Source: Alphaproteobacteria bacterium
Lineage (GTDB): Bacteria > Pseudomonadota > Alphaproteobacteria > CAAHEQ01 > UBA3637
DNA: 64,000 nt
Direction of reading: 5' to 3'
Assembly: GCA_045532865.1 (NCBI GenBank)
Contig: JAZSGT010000017.1
Location: 1,067 to 65,066 of the forward strand
In this document: piece after piece, positions 9,453 through 19,846 of the stretch
How the letters are laid out: each line of letters opens with the position of its first letter
How positions within the stretch are numbered: position 1 is the stretch's first letter
Notes under the pieces: model-generated
What the model saw: only the letters and a program-made list of their open reading frames with translations
Told to the model about the DNA's origin: nothing
Databases searched by the model: none
Position numbers and translations under genes: made by a program

Positions 9453-9481
9453 ATTATATCATAAAACAATAAAATTGTCAA
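9453..9481 (-). promoter_or_regulatory. Consensus sigma70-type promoter for the helicase-repeat gene
   Basis: The minus strand reads TTGACA (9481..9476), a 17-nt spacer, then TATAAT (9458..9453), about 25 nt upstream of ATG 9427 and downstream of the smpB terminator. Confidence 0.7.
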
Positions 9482-9563
9482 TCTTTTTTGTCAACACACA
9501 AAATGCACATAAAAAAAGCCCCTTATTCTTTTTATAAATAAGGAGACTTCTTTTTGTTTTTAA

Positions 9564-10052
9564 CTATCTTTTCCCATTATTATAGTGGGCTAAAATCCGT
9601 TGTTTATCTCTATTCCAATCGCGTTTTTTAATGTCTTCACGCTTATCTGCCATATTTTTACCAACAGCCAACGCAATTTTGACTTTTGCAATTCCCCTTG
9701 CATTAAAATAAAGCTCTAATGGAATAACTGTTTTTCCTTTTTGTTCAATAGCTGCAAAAATTTTATTAAGTTCCCTTTCATGCAATAAAAGTTTTCTTGG
9801 ACGTGAAGACTTTTCTTGCACAAAGCCACCTTTAGCTCCCAAATATTCTGCAATGTGTGCATTCACCAAAAACAACTCTCTGTTTTCAGTATCTGCATAG
9901 CTTTCATTAATTGTTGCATGACCTGCACGCAAAGACTTAACTTCACCACCTGTCAACACAATACCAGCCTCAAATGTTTCCAAAATTTCATAATTAAAAC
10001 GCGCTTTTCTATTTGTTGCAACTGTTCCTGTTGAAATGAGTGATTTTGACAC
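9564..10052 (-). CDS. smpB: SsrA-binding protein SmpB
   Basis: N-terminal NRKARFNYEILETFEAGIVLTGGEVKSLR and overall length are typical of SmpB. GTG start preceded by AAAGGA lying inside the end of pepP. Confidence 0.93.
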   Translation of the reverse strand: MSKSLISTGTVATNRKARFNYEILETFEAGIVLTGGEVKSLRAGHATINESYADTENRELFLVNAHIAEYLGAKGGFVQEKSSRPRKLLLHERELNKIFAAIEQKGKTVIPLELYFNARGIAKVKIALAVGKNMADKREDIKKRDWNRDKQRILAHYNNGKR

Positions 10053-10056
10053 AAAC

Positions 10057-11715
10057 TTATCCTTTCACAAACGCATCAATAAAAGGTTTTAAAACATTTT
10101 GTTCCTGCTTCGTTAAAAGAGGAAAAACTCTTTTTTCAACCTGTTGATGATATTCTTTTAACCAAATTTTTTCATTCTCTGTCAACAAAGCAAAATCCAC
10201 TGCCCTGTAATCAAACGGAATGAATAATAAATCTTCAAAAACAAGATTTTCACCATCTATAACAGATAATAGCATATTTTCTAATCGAATACCAAACTTT
10301 TCTTCATAAGAATAAAAAGCTGGCTCATTTGAAAACACCATATTGGGCAAAATACCTTTTTCATCTTTTGAATAAACAGCTGGTGGATATTCATGAACAC
10401 CCAGCATCATACCAATACCATGCCCTGTCGAGTGATAAAAATCCACCCCATCTTTTCTTAAATAAGAATGCGCAACTTCATCCATTGATGCAGAAGAAGA
10501 CCCAACCTTTATTGAGCTTTTTGAAACACCAATGTGCCCTTTAAGCACTTGTGTGTATCGTTTTTTCATCAACAACGATGGTTCAGAAACAACAATTGTT
10601 CGTGTCATATCGGTTGTCCCATTCAAATAGTGACCACCCGTGTCAACCAACAATAAAGGATTGTCTTTAACCTCAAACGCTGTTTCTTTTGTTGCCAAAT
10701 AATGTGCCAACGCTGCGTGAATACCACTTGCTACAATAGTATCAAAACTATCTGCAAAATAAAGCGGACTTTTTTTACGCAAGGATCTTAGTTTTTTATC
10801 ACAATCAATTTCATTTATTTTTGATTTATTCTTTTCAACATATACCAAAAACTTGCAAATTACAGAACTTTCAAACAAACAAGCTTCTTTGATATTTTTT
10901 ACTTCATTACTGTTTTTTTGAGCTTTCATGTCATCAATAAAATCTGGAATATTTTGAATATCTACCTTGTTTTTATGAAGCTCACTTACCAAACCAAAAG
11001 TTGCCTTTGTAAAATCAAGACCAACCTTTAAGCCTTTTAAATTTATTTTTGAATTAAACTCTTTGACCTTTCCTTCTGCCGGCACAAACAATTGTTTATA
11101 AACAACAGGATAATCACTTTTTTTAATCGCTCTTTTATTTAAAAGCCAAGAAACATTTTCTGTTGATAAAACAAGAATACCATCTAAAGATAAATCTTTT
11201 ATCTTTTTTTGAACAAGATCTAATTTTTCTTTTGATGAAACACCTGTATAGCATAAAGGATAATCAAATAATTCTTGCTTAAAAGGTTTATTTTTAAACC
11301 AAGCAGAAAGTGTTTTTTGATCCAATGGAACGAGAAAAACAGAACTTTCTTTTAACAGTACATTCATTGCTTCATACCACATAAACGAATGCGCCCGTGG
11401 ATCAAAAGCTATTTTCTTATTCCCCATATTTTCTTTTATCCAAAGTGACAAACGTGTATCCCTTGGTACTTCAAACACTTCAAAAGAAGATTGTCCTTTT
11501 GCTTGCTCTGTATATCTTGAATCAACGAACAAAATGCCTCTATCTTTTAAAACAAGAGCTACTCCCTCAGACCCAGAAAAACCCGTCACTTTTTTTAATC
11601 TATTTTTATATGGCGGATAATAGCCAGACAAAAAAGGATCACTTCTTGAAATGAGAACACCATCCAAGTTTTCTTTTGTTAAATACTGTTGAATTAAACT
11701 CAATAAATCAGACAT
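10057..11715 (-). CDS. pepP: Xaa-Pro aminopeptidase (M24B family)
   Basis: C-terminal pita-bread fold motifs HGIGMMLGVHE, SNEPAFY and GIRLEN, with a creatinase-like N-terminal region. Confidence 0.85.
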   Translation of the reverse strand: MSDLLSLIQQYLTKENLDGVLISRSDPFLSGYYPPYKNRLKKVTGFSGSEGVALVLKDRGILFVDSRYTEQAKGQSSFEVFEVPRDTRLSLWIKENMGNKKIAFDPRAHSFMWYEAMNVLLKESSVFLVPLDQKTLSAWFKNKPFKQELFDYPLCYTGVSSKEKLDLVQKKIKDLSLDGILVLSTENVSWLLNKRAIKKSDYPVVYKQLFVPAEGKVKEFNSKINLKGLKVGLDFTKATFGLVSELHKNKVDIQNIPDFIDDMKAQKNSNEVKNIKEACLFESSVICKFLVYVEKNKSKINEIDCDKKLRSLRKKSPLYFADSFDTIVASGIHAALAHYLATKETAFEVKDNPLLLVDTGGHYLNGTTDMTRTIVVSEPSLLMKKRYTQVLKGHIGVSKSSIKVGSSSASMDEVAHSYLRKDGVDFYHSTGHGIGMMLGVHEYPPAVYSKDEKGILPNMVFSNEPAFYSYEEKFGIRLENMLLSVIDGENLVFEDLLFIPFDYRAVDFALLTENEKIWLKEYHQQVEKRVFPLLTKQEQNVLKPFIDAFVKG

Positions 11716-11717
11716 TT

Positions 11718-12587
11718 TTATCCTTTTTTAAGAACAAGTGTGCTCCAACCATTAATCCGATAGCGTTTTACAAATTCAAACCCAATATCCGTATGGGCTT
11801 TTAAAACCCAACGTTCTTGTCTGTTTAAAAAGCCGGAAAGAATGGCAATTCCACCTTCATTCAAATGCTCTTTCAAATCAGCCGCCATATCCATCAATGG
11901 TCGAGCTAAAATATTGCATAAAACTAAATCATATTTTTCAGAAACATCTTTATATCCATTGCTCAACCATACACGCATTAAATTTGACAATCCATTAATT
12001 TCAGCATTTGAAGTTGCCACACGCACGGATTCAGGGTCAATATCAACTGCATCAACAGGCTTATTAAAAGTTTTAGCATATGCCATTGATAAAATACCAG
12101 AACCACAACCAACGTCAATGACTTTGCTAGGCTCAAAATCAAGTTCATTAAGCGCAGTCAAACACCCATGTGTCGTTTGATGTTCACCCGTTCCAAAAGC
12201 TGTTGCTGCATCAATTTGAAGTGGGATCATCCCTTTTGGAGCTTCTTCTTCAACATGGGAACCATAAATATAATATTTACCAATTGAGAGTGGTTTAAAA
12301 CTTTGATAACATTCTAACAACCAATTTTTATTTTCCATTGCATTTATTTGAATTTTTGGCACCTCAATCCCTGCAATTGAAGCAGCTTGCTCAATCACTG
12401 TTTGAACAATGTTTTCATCTGGTTTTCCTTCAAAAATAGCTTGCAATTCCCATTTGCCTTTATGCTCACCTTTTTCAATCATAACAGTCAAAACAGCAGC
12501 TGCAACTTCTGATAGCATATCTTCAAAAACAAAAACATTTTCTGGATTTAACAAAATTTTAAAATCATAATTCAAAATATCAGTCAT
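11718..12587 (-). CDS. prmA: Ribosomal protein L11 methyltransferase PrmA
   Basis: AFGTGEHQTT motif, SAM-binding VIDVGCGSGIL, and NILA motif. Confidence 0.9.
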   Translation of the reverse strand: MTDILNYDFKILLNPENVFVFEDMLSEVAAAVLTVMIEKGEHKGKWELQAIFEGKPDENIVQTVIEQAASIAGIEVPKIQINAMENKNWLLECYQSFKPLSIGKYYIYGSHVEEEAPKGMIPLQIDAATAFGTGEHQTTHGCLTALNELDFEPSKVIDVGCGSGILSMAYAKTFNKPVDAVDIDPESVRVATSNAEINGLSNLMRVWLSNGYKDVSEKYDLVLCNILARPLMDMAADLKEHLNEGGIAILSGFLNRQERWVLKAHTDIGFEFVKRYRINGWSTLVLKKG

Positions 12588-12741
12588 TTATATCCTTTCA
12601 GTTAACAAAAAAATACGCTAATTTTCGCAAAAAATCAAGGGAATAATCTATTTTGTAAATCTGATATAAAAAAAAATAACTTATACTTGCTTTATATATT
12701 TTTTTATGATACTTTTTTGAATAAAATTAAGGTAAATAAAA

Positions 12742-14022
12742 ATGAAAAAAAATGAACAACTTCATCGTTCACTAGATTATGTTTTTCGAGGCGGTGTTGC
12801 AACATCTGCCATGGACTCTTTGGCCGTTGGCAGCACATTGATTGCCTATGCTTTGTTATTGGGTGCCGGCAATGTTGCTATTGGTATCTTAGGCGCCATT
12901 CCATTCATTGGGAATATGATTCATCTTTTTGCTTCCTATCTCATTGAAAAAGGTATATCAGCAAAAAAAATTGCTCTTATTTCTTCTTTTGTGGCACGCC
13001 CATTTTATCTTATTGCAGCATTGCTTTGTTTTTTTCCTAACGCTCCTTGGGCAGTGCCCGTTTTGATTATTTCACTTTTATTTTCATATTTAATCGGGTC
13101 TATGTGTGGTGGTGCTTGGATGCCTTGGATGAAAGCATTAATACCAGCTAAGTTGATGGGGAAATTTTTTTCTCATCGTTTTAAATGGATGATGATTGCT
13201 AAAATTGTTTGCTTTATTTTTGCATTTGCTTTGGTCAAAATCGCTACGCCTTATAAAAATGGGGAACTTTATTCTTATGCCTTTTTAATCTTCCTTGCTT
13301 TTTTAATCAGCTTATATGGCGCATACACCTTCATTCATGTGGAAGATAAAAAAATTGAAACAAAACCAGATATGGCTTTTATTCAAAAAGTTGCACACAC
13401 ATTTAAAAATAAACCTTTTTCAAAACTATTAACAGCGTTGAGTGTATTAAATTTTTCAACAAACTTTATCACCCCATTTTTAACTGTTTTTATGCTCAAA
13501 AATTTAAATGTACCAATGTCAACAATCATCGCACTCACACTTTTGCAATGGGTTGTTTATACTTTTATTGTAAAAAAATGGGGTAAAATGTCCGATAAAA
13601 AGGGACCTGAAAAAATATTAATTGCCTCTATTCCTATCTTTATTCTTTGCACCCTTGTCTTTTTAGGATTAAACATCTTCCCTGTTCAAGGAATTCTTTT
13701 GCTTGGCATTTTAATTTTTGTGAATATTTTATTAGGCATTTCAACAGCAGCCCTTGCCCTTGGTATTAATAATACAAGTCTTCTTTATATGCCAAAAGAT
13801 ATGTCTTCTGTTTATCTATCAGTCAATTCTGTGTTCAAATCGTTTGCAGCGGCTCTTGGCTCAATTATTGCAGGATACGCCCTTCAAGGGTTTGCCGCTT
13901 TAGCTGATATCTTATCAATAACCAATCAAACACTATTTCAATGGAATATGTTCTATTTAACAACGATTATTCTTTGCATTTTATCAATTTATTTGCTAAA
14001 AAAAGTAAAAAAGTGTTTCTAG
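12742..14022 (+). CDS. MFS-type transporter (about 12 TM segments)
   Basis: Hydrophobic segments throughout. A motif-A-like loop KKWGKMSDKKGPEK lies between the two halves. I infer no substrate. Confidence 0.6.
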   Translation: MKKNEQLHRSLDYVFRGGVATSAMDSLAVGSTLIAYALLLGAGNVAIGILGAIPFIGNMIHLFASYLIEKGISAKKIALISSFVARPFYLIAALLCFFPNAPWAVPVLIISLLFSYLIGSMCGGAWMPWMKALIPAKLMGKFFSHRFKWMMIAKIVCFIFAFALVKIATPYKNGELYSYAFLIFLAFLISLYGAYTFIHVEDKKIETKPDMAFIQKVAHTFKNKPFSKLLTALSVLNFSTNFITPFLTVFMLKNLNVPMSTIIALTLLQWVVYTFIVKKWGKMSDKKGPEKILIASIPIFILCTLVFLGLNIFPVQGILLLGILIFVNILLGISTAALALGINNTSLLYMPKDMSSVYLSVNSVFKSFAAALGSIIAGYALQGFAALADILSITNQTLFQWNMFYLTTIILCILSIYLLKKVKKCF

Positions 14023-14037
14023 CATGAAGGATTAACA

Positions 14038-14727
14038 ATGTATAACGGAAAAACTATTTTAGCCCTTATCACTGCACGTGCTGGCTCAAAAGGAATTATT
14101 GATAAAAATCTTTATCCTATTAATAAAAAACCACTCATAAACTACACAATTGAAGCTGCCAAAAAATCCAAATATTTGGATGCGATTTATTGCACAACCG
14201 ATGGTGAAAAAATCAAAAACGCCTGCTTAGAAGCTGACATTGACGTTATAGACAGACCTGAAGAATTAGCCAGCGACACATCAAAATCCATTGACTGTGT
14301 TATTCACGCAATTGAAGAATTAAAAAAACAAGGCAAGGAATTTGATTATGTCCTTCTGCTTCAACCAACCAGTCCTTTAAGACAATCCTTTCACATTGAT
14401 GGAATCATTCAAGAATGTATCGATAAAGGATTAGATCAAATACTCTCGGTTCATCAAGTGGAATATAACCCTATCTTGGTTCGCTTTGATAACAAGGGAA
14501 AACTCACAAATATTTTAAACCAACAATCAACTGTTCGCAGACAAGACATGCCCAAAACCGTTTATGTCAATGGGATGCTTTATTTAAGCAAATCAGAGTT
14601 GTTAACGCTTGAAACAAGTTTGAACGATATTCCAAATGGTTATGAAGTTGATCCACATTTTGCACTTGATATCAATGATATGCACGACATTGAGCTAGCT
14701 GAAATAATGCTAAAACAAATGGATTAA
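14038..14727 (+). CDS. Acylneuraminate (nonulosonic acid) cytidylyltransferase family protein, NeuA-like
   Basis: N-terminal ALITARAGSKGI.DKN signature and LLQPTSPLR motif of the CTP_transf_3 family. Starts 15 bp after the MFS gene, with an AAGGA SD. Confidence 0.8.
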   Translation: MYNGKTILALITARAGSKGIIDKNLYPINKKPLINYTIEAAKKSKYLDAIYCTTDGEKIKNACLEADIDVIDRPEELASDTSKSIDCVIHAIEELKKQGKEFDYVLLLQPTSPLRQSFHIDGIIQECIDKGLDQILSVHQVEYNPILVRFDNKGKLTNILNQQSTVRRQDMPKTVYVNGMLYLSKSELLTLETSLNDIPNGYEVDPHFALDINDMHDIELAEIMLKQMD

Positions 14728-14788
14728 CCTCTTTACATTTTATTTTTTTTGTATTTTAATAATCCTGTTAAAACTGAAAGGACAAACA

Positions 14789-15334
14789 ATGAAAAAATGG
14801 CTACTTTCACTTATTACAGGATTATTTATTACTTCAAGCGTAGGAGCTCAAACAATGGATAAAGAAAATACACTTTACTTAGACACTGAAAATGGTCGCG
14901 TAACAATTGAATTATACCCAGATGTTGCCCCAAATCACGTTGCAAGAATCAAAGAATTAACACGTGAAGGATTTTATAACGGTGTTAAATTCCACCGTGT
15001 TATCCCAGGATTTATGGCACAAACAGGTGATCCAACCGGCACTGGTATGGGTGGTTCAGGCAAAAAACTCAAAGCTGAATTCAACAAAAAACACCATGGC
15101 CGTGGAACTGTTTCTATGGCAAGAGCAATGGATCCAAACAGCGCTGACAGCCAATTCTTCATCTGCTTTGATGATGCAGGTTTCTTAGATGGTCAATACA
15201 CTGTTTTTGGTCAAGTAACATCAGGGATGGAATTTGTTGATATGATTAAAGCAGGTACTTCAGCAAACAACGGGAAAGTATCAAACCCAGATATCATTGT
15301 TAAAATGCAAGTTGCAGCTGATGCTGATAAATAA
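14789..15334 (+). CDS. Cyclophilin-type peptidyl-prolyl cis-trans isomerase, secreted
   Basis: Signal peptide (LITGLFITSSVGAQ). FHRVIPGFMAQTGDP and SMARA...NSADSQFFI motifs. Confidence 0.93.
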   Translation: MKKWLLSLITGLFITSSVGAQTMDKENTLYLDTENGRVTIELYPDVAPNHVARIKELTREGFYNGVKFHRVIPGFMAQTGDPTGTGMGGSGKKLKAEFNKKHHGRGTVSMARAMDPNSADSQFFICFDDAGFLDGQYTVFGQVTSGMEFVDMIKAGTSANNGKVSNPDIIVKMQVAADADK

Positions 15335-15354
15335 TTTTTAACCTCTTATAAAAA

Positions 15355-15380
15355 GCGCCGATATTCTCGGCGCTTTTTTT
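15355..15380 (+). terminator. Rho-independent terminator after the PPIase gene
   Basis: GCGCCGA-tattc-TCGGCGC followed by T7. Confidence 0.8.
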
Positions 15381-15439
15381 ATAGAAAAAATGATATAATA
15401 TTTTTATATCAATATTAAATAATGATAATTTATAACAAT

Positions 15440-15475
15440 AAAAAAAGAGAGTGGATTTACCACTCTCTTTTTTTG
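15440..15475 (-). terminator. Terminator after gyrA (A run and T run on both sides, potentially bidirectional)
   Basis: AGAGAGTGG-attta-CCACTCTCT flanked by A6 and T7, 13 nt from the gyrA stop. Confidence 0.75.
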
Positions 15476-15487
15476 TTCACATAAAGA

Positions 15488-18283
15488 TTATTCTTCAACT
15501 GATTCTTCATCTTGAGAAGGAGTATCTTCAACAACTGATGCACTCTCTGCCTCATTTACTGTTACCACTTCTGAATTATCTTCTTCAGGAACTTCTTCAT
15601 CCACATCTGTGATACAAGTTGCAGAAACAACTTTTTCCTCTTTATCTAATCTAAAGAGAATAACACCCATTGTGCTGCGCCCTGCAATTTTGATGTCACT
15701 GACACGCATACGAATGAGTTTACCTCCATCTGTAACCATCATCAAGTGAGCATCATCTGGGACAGGCATTGTTGCAACAACGTCAGCCTTTCTGCGTTCA
15801 TCCATCTTGATATTGGTTACACCTGATGTCCCACGAGCTGTAATGCGATATTCATAAGCACTGGTGCGTTTACCAAAACCTTTATCTGTGATTGTTAAGA
15901 TAAATTCTTCATCTTGTGCCATTTTTTCAAATTCTTCAGCAGACAAAGTAGCATTTGTTGGTGTTTCAATTTCAGGTGTTTCACCCTCTTCTACCTCACC
16001 CAATGCACGACGACGAGCAGCAGCTTCTTTTAAATATGCATCCCGTTTTTCAATATCAGCTTTTGCGTGTTTAACAATTGACATTGAAATCACACTTTCG
16101 CCTTCTGGCAACTTCATCCCACGCACCCCTGTTGATGCACGAGATTCAAAAATACGAACATCTGAAACAGGGAAACGAACACACTTACCACCAGCAGCTG
16201 CTAATAATACATCATCTGTATCATTACAAATTTGAACACCAATGAGCTTATCGCCTTCATCCAACTTCATCGCAATTTTACCATTTGATTGGACATTGTA
16301 GAAATCTGTCAATCGGTTACGGCGAACACCACCAGAAGCTGTTGCAAACATCACTGTTTGATCACCACATTCTTCTTGTTTTTCAGGCAAGGTTAAAATG
16401 GTTGAAATCGTTTCTCCTTGTTGTAATGGCAAGAGGTTAATCAATGCCTTACCCAAAGATTGAGGAGAACCTTCTGGCAAGCGATATGTTTTAATTTTAT
16501 AAACAATACCTCTGCTTGAGAAGAAAAGAAGTGGGCTGTGGGTACAAGCAACAAAAAGTTGAGAAACTTGGTCTTCATCTCTTGTTGACATACCTGAACG
16601 ACCTTTACCACCTCTGTTTTGAGCACGATATGTTGAAAGAGGAACACGCTTAATGTAACCATTATTTGAAACAGTAACAACCATTGTTTCTCTTGGAATT
16701 AAATCTTCCATATCTTGTTCAAATTCAGCATTTTCAATTGTTGTTAAGCGTTCACTTGAAACTTGAGCTTTCACAATTTCTAATTCTTCTTTAATGATTG
16801 CATAAATTTTTTCACGAGAAGCAAGTGTTGATAAATACCCTTTAATAAGAGCGGCCAATTCACCAACTTCACCATGAATTTTATCTCTTTCTAAACCTGT
16901 CAAACGGTTCAACTTCAAGTCCAAAATTGCTTTGGCTTGAGCTTCTGAAAGCATATAATGCCCTTCAACAACCTTGCGATCAGGTTCATCAATCAATTGA
17001 ATGAGTGTCTCAACATCTGCTGCATCCCAGCGTGTTTCCATCAAACGCATTTTTGCAACTTGTGGATCTGGAGCACTCTTAATCATTTCAATAACAGCAT
17101 CCAAGTTTGCAACAGCAATGGCTAAACCAACTAATACGTGAGCTCTATCACGTGCCTTATTGAGTTCATAAACCGTACGACGTCGAACGACTTCTTCTCT
17201 AAAGGCAATACACGCTTCTAAAATTTGTTTCAAATTCATCAACTCTGGACGGCCATTGTTAAGCGCCAACATATTCATGCTAAAACTTGTTTGCAATGAA
17301 GTATATTTGTACAATTGATTTAAAACAACATCAGGATGAGCATCTTTTTTAAGTTCAATAACAACACGAACACCTTGACGATCTGATTCATCTCTTAAAT
17401 CAGAAATACCTTCAATCACCTTATCTTTAACAAGCTGAGCAATACGGATAATCATTTCAGCCTTGTTCACTTGATAAGGAACTTCAGTTACAACAATTGC
17501 CATACGATCTTTTTTAATTTCTTCAATTGTTGTGCGACCACGCATAATCACAGAACCACGACCTGTTTGATATGCAGAACGTGCACCACCACGCCCCAAA
17601 ATCAAAGCACCTGTTGGAAAATCTGGCCCTGGGACATAATCCATCAACTCTTCAATTGTTACTTCAGGATTTTCAATCATTGCAATACAAGCAGAAATAA
17701 CTTCGCCAGGATTATGTGGTGGAATATTTGTTGCCATACCAACAGCAATACCACCTGAACCATTCACCAACAAATTTGGAAATCTTGCAGGCAAAACTTC
17801 AGGTTCTTGACAAGTTTCATCATAGTTAGGTCTAAAATCAACTGTATCTCTATCAATATCTTCTAACAAGCAATGTGCAGTTTGAGCCAATCTTGCTTCT
17901 GTATAACGCATAGCAGCTGCTTTATCGCCATCCATAGACCCAAAGTTCCCTTGTGACCCAACAAGAGGAACACGCATGGAGAATGTTTGAGCCATACGAA
18001 CCATTGCTTCATAAATTGAACTATCCCCATGAGGGTGATATTTACCCATAACGTCACCAACGATACGGGCAGATTTTCGAAATGGCTTATTATAATCGTA
18101 TCCATTTTCATGCATTGAAAACAAAATACGACGATGAACAGGCTTTAACCCATCTCGAACATCTGGCAATGCACGAGAAACGATAACGCTCATTGCATAA
18201 TCCAAATAGGACTTGCGCATTTCCTCTTCAATGGGTGCAGCAACCGTATCAACGGCAGTTGAACTTATTGATATATCAGTCAT
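15488..18283 (-). CDS. gyrA: DNA gyrase subunit A
   Basis: [37 protein letters not shown] (active-site Tyr region) and [15 protein letters not shown]-terminal beta-pinwheel repeats and an acidic tail. Confidence 0.98.
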   Translation of the reverse strand: MTDISISSTAVDTVAAPIEEEMRKSYLDYAMSVIVSRALPDVRDGLKPVHRRILFSMHENGYDYNKPFRKSARIVGDVMGKYHPHGDSSIYEAMVRMAQTFSMRVPLVGSQGNFGSMDGDKAAAMRYTEARLAQTAHCLLEDIDRDTVDFRPNYDETCQEPEVLPARFPNLLVNGSGGIAVGMATNIPPHNPGEVISACIAMIENPEVTIEELMDYVPGPDFPTGALILGRGGARSAYQTGRGSVIMRGRTTIEEIKKDRMAIVVTEVPYQVNKAEMIIRIAQLVKDKVIEGISDLRDESDRQGVRVVIELKKDAHPDVVLNQLYKYTSLQTSFSMNMLALNNGRPELMNLKQILEACIAFREEVVRRRTVYELNKARDRAHVLVGLAIAVANLDAVIEMIKSAPDPQVAKMRLMETRWDAADVETLIQLIDEPDRKVVEGHYMLSEAQAKAILDLKLNRLTGLERDKIHGEVGELAALIKGYLSTLASREKIYAIIKEELEIVKAQVSSERLTTIENAEFEQDMEDLIPRETMVVTVSNNGYIKRVPLSTYRAQNRGGKGRSGMSTRDEDQVSQLFVACTHSPLLFFSSRGIVYKIKTYRLPEGSPQSLGKALINLLPLQQGETISTILTLPEKQEECGDQTVMFATASGGVRRNRLTDFYNVQSNGKIAMKLDEGDKLIGVQICNDTDDVLLAAAGGKCVRFPVSDVRIFESRASTGVRGMKLPEGESVISMSIVKHAKADIEKRDAYLKEAAARRRALGEVEEGETPEIETPTNATLSAEEFEKMAQDEEFILTITDKGFGKRTSAYEYRITARGTSGVTNIKMDERRKADVVATMPVPDDAHLMMVTDGGKLIRMRVSDIKIAGRSTMGVILFRLDKEEKVVSATCITDVDEEVPEEDNSEVVTVNEAESASVVEDTPSQDEESVEE

Positions 18284-18320
18284 TTTTTCTACTTTCGTAT
18301 GATTATTTTTTTACAAACAA

Positions 18321-18782
18321 TTAAAATGGAATTTCATCATCAAATGAATCAGCCCCACTGGAAAGAGATGTTGCATCCCACCCAGATGAGGAAGTGCCTG
18401 CATCAGAAGACAATGAAGATGCAGAACCATCTGCACGACCATCTAACACAACAAGCTCTCCTCTAAATGCACCCAAGACAACTTCTGTTGTATATCTATC
18501 TTGGCCACTTTGATCCGTAAATTTACGTGTTTGCAAAGCCCCTTCAACATAAACTTTTGAACCTTTTTTCAAAAAACGTTCTGAAAAATCTGCTAAATTA
18601 GCATTAAAAATAACAACTCTATGCCACTCTGTTCTTTCTTGCCTTTCTCCAGATTTATCTTTCCACGTTTCACTTGTTGCAACGGACAAATGCGCAATTT
18701 TTTGACCTGTTGCTGTGTGTCTAATTTCTGGATCACGTCCAAGATTTCCAACTAATGTGACTTTGTTAATGCTACCAGCCAT
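18321..18782 (-). CDS. ssb: Single-stranded DNA-binding protein
   Basis: N-terminal OB fold ([14 protein letters not shown] ... TEWHRVV), a Gly/Ser-rich linker and a C-terminal acidic tip DDEIPF. Confidence 0.95.
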   Translation of the reverse strand: MAGSINKVTLVGNLGRDPEIRHTATGQKIAHLSVATSETWKDKSGERQERTEWHRVVIFNANLADFSERFLKKGSKVYVEGALQTRKFTDQSGQDRYTTEVVLGAFRGELVVLDGRADGSASSLSSDAGTSSSGWDATSLSSGADSFDDEIPF

Positions 18783-18925
18783 CTTAAATTTCCTTTCTTT
18801 TTAACATTTAAAAATCTCGTATTTTTATTCACAAAAACGATCACATTTACTTTAACTTTTTTTTCAAAAAAAGAAAAGCATTTTTTCACTTTATTTCAAA
18901 AAAAATCGCTCTTTTTTGGGCTTTT

Positions 18926-19846
18926 TTACAAATCTTTTGGCAAATAACTTAAATCAGTCATCAAAACTTTTTTTGCAACCTCATGCCCCATCAAAACGGC
19001 CTGTTCAATATTTTTATCTTTTAACCATTCATGTAAAAAACCAGCCGCAAACGCGTCCCCTGCGCCATTTGTGTTAACAATCTTTTGAACCGGCTTAGTT
19101 TTGAAAAACATTTTCTCATTTTTTGTTAAAATTTCAACACCTTTTTTACCACATGTTTTGACACAAATTGTATTTTGAAGTATTTTTTGATTAACGTTCA
19201 ACACTTCAAATTCATATTCATTACCAAACAAAACACTCATTTTAGGTAACAACTTCAAAAGTATATCTCTTTTATTTTTGACACAATGAACATCGGACAA
19301 TGTAAAACAAACATCCACTCCAAAACGACTGGCTCTCTCAATCAACTCAACAACAAGGTCTTCCCGTCGGTTAAGCATATATCCCTCTGCCAAAATAGAT
19401 TTTGATGTTTTTAAATATTCATCTTTAACTTCCTTTGTTGTTAACAAATTAGAAGCACAAGCATGAGCGCATTGAGTTCTGTCTTTATCCTTATGCACCA
19501 TCACAACACTACACCCTGTTCGATCCAAATCTGTTTGAATAAGGTACGATTTCACATTATAATCAACCAAACTTTTTTGAAAAAAGGTTCCCTCATCATC
19601 TACACCACATTTACCAATAAATCCTGTTTTATCCCCCAAAAGAGCCATATCTCGAACTGTATTAGCAGCAGAACCTCCAGCATAATATGCCTGATGAGGT
19701 TTATTTCTTAAATATGTGTGCTCTTCAGGTGTTGCAACAAAAAACAATCCCTTCACTGGCAAAATTTTTTGCATCACCTCATCTTGCTCATCAAAAGAGA
19801 TAATCTTATCGACAATTGCATCGCCTATTGCAAGAACATCTAACAT
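18926..19846 (-). CDS. PfkB-family carbohydrate/nucleoside kinase (adenosine-kinase-like)
   Basis: N-terminal DVLAIGDAIVD and C-terminal NTNGAGDAFAAGF PfkB signatures. Confidence 0.8.
   Translation of the reverse strand: MLDVLAIGDAIVDKIISFDEQDEVMQKILPVKGLFFVATPEEHTYLRNKPHQAYYAGGSAANTVRDMALLGDKTGFIGKCGVDDEGTFFQKSLVDYNVKSYLIQTDLDRTGCSVVMVHKDKDRTQCAHACASNLLTTKEVKDEYLKTSKSILAEGYMLNRREDLVVELIERASRFGVDVCFTLSDVHCVKNKRDILLKLLPKMSVLFGNEYEFEVLNVNQKILQNTICVKTCGKKGVEILTKNEKMFFKTKPVQKIVNTNGAGDAFAAGFLHEWLKDKNIEQAVLMGHEVAKKVLMTDLSYLPKDL

Noticed and set aside
15880-16045. A charged ~50-aa insertion in the GyrA C-terminal domain ([49 protein letters not shown]) was considered as an intein or mobile insertion.
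   Set aside because: It has no intein splice-junction motifs (no Cys/Ser ... His-Asn-Cys/Ser/Thr boundaries), and it is short and low in complexity. Lineage-specific loops between GyrA CTD blades are common.
15864-16235. A 123-aa plus-strand ORF lies inside gyrA. Similar embedded or antisense ORFs occur elsewhere, for example at 5559-5861, 11842-12180, 17471-17758, 39037-39348, 46579-46908 and 61624-61902.
   Set aside because: All lie within, and opposite to or out of frame with, strongly supported conserved genes. They have low-complexity or odd composition and are treated as spurious.
18284-18925. A replication origin near gyrA/ssb was considered because of the AT-rich spacers around ssb.
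   Set aside because: I saw no cluster of DnaA-box-like TTATCCACA motifs, and no dnaA or dnaN is nearby. The AT-richness is typical of every spacer in this window.
19806-19846. The Cys-rich tail of the HAD hydrolase (VRCSCNRRCNCR) was considered as a metal-binding motif.
   Set aside because: The tail is encoded entirely within the overlap with the kinase gene's conserved N terminus (MLDVLAIGDAIVD). It is more simply explained as out-of-frame read-through to the next available stop.
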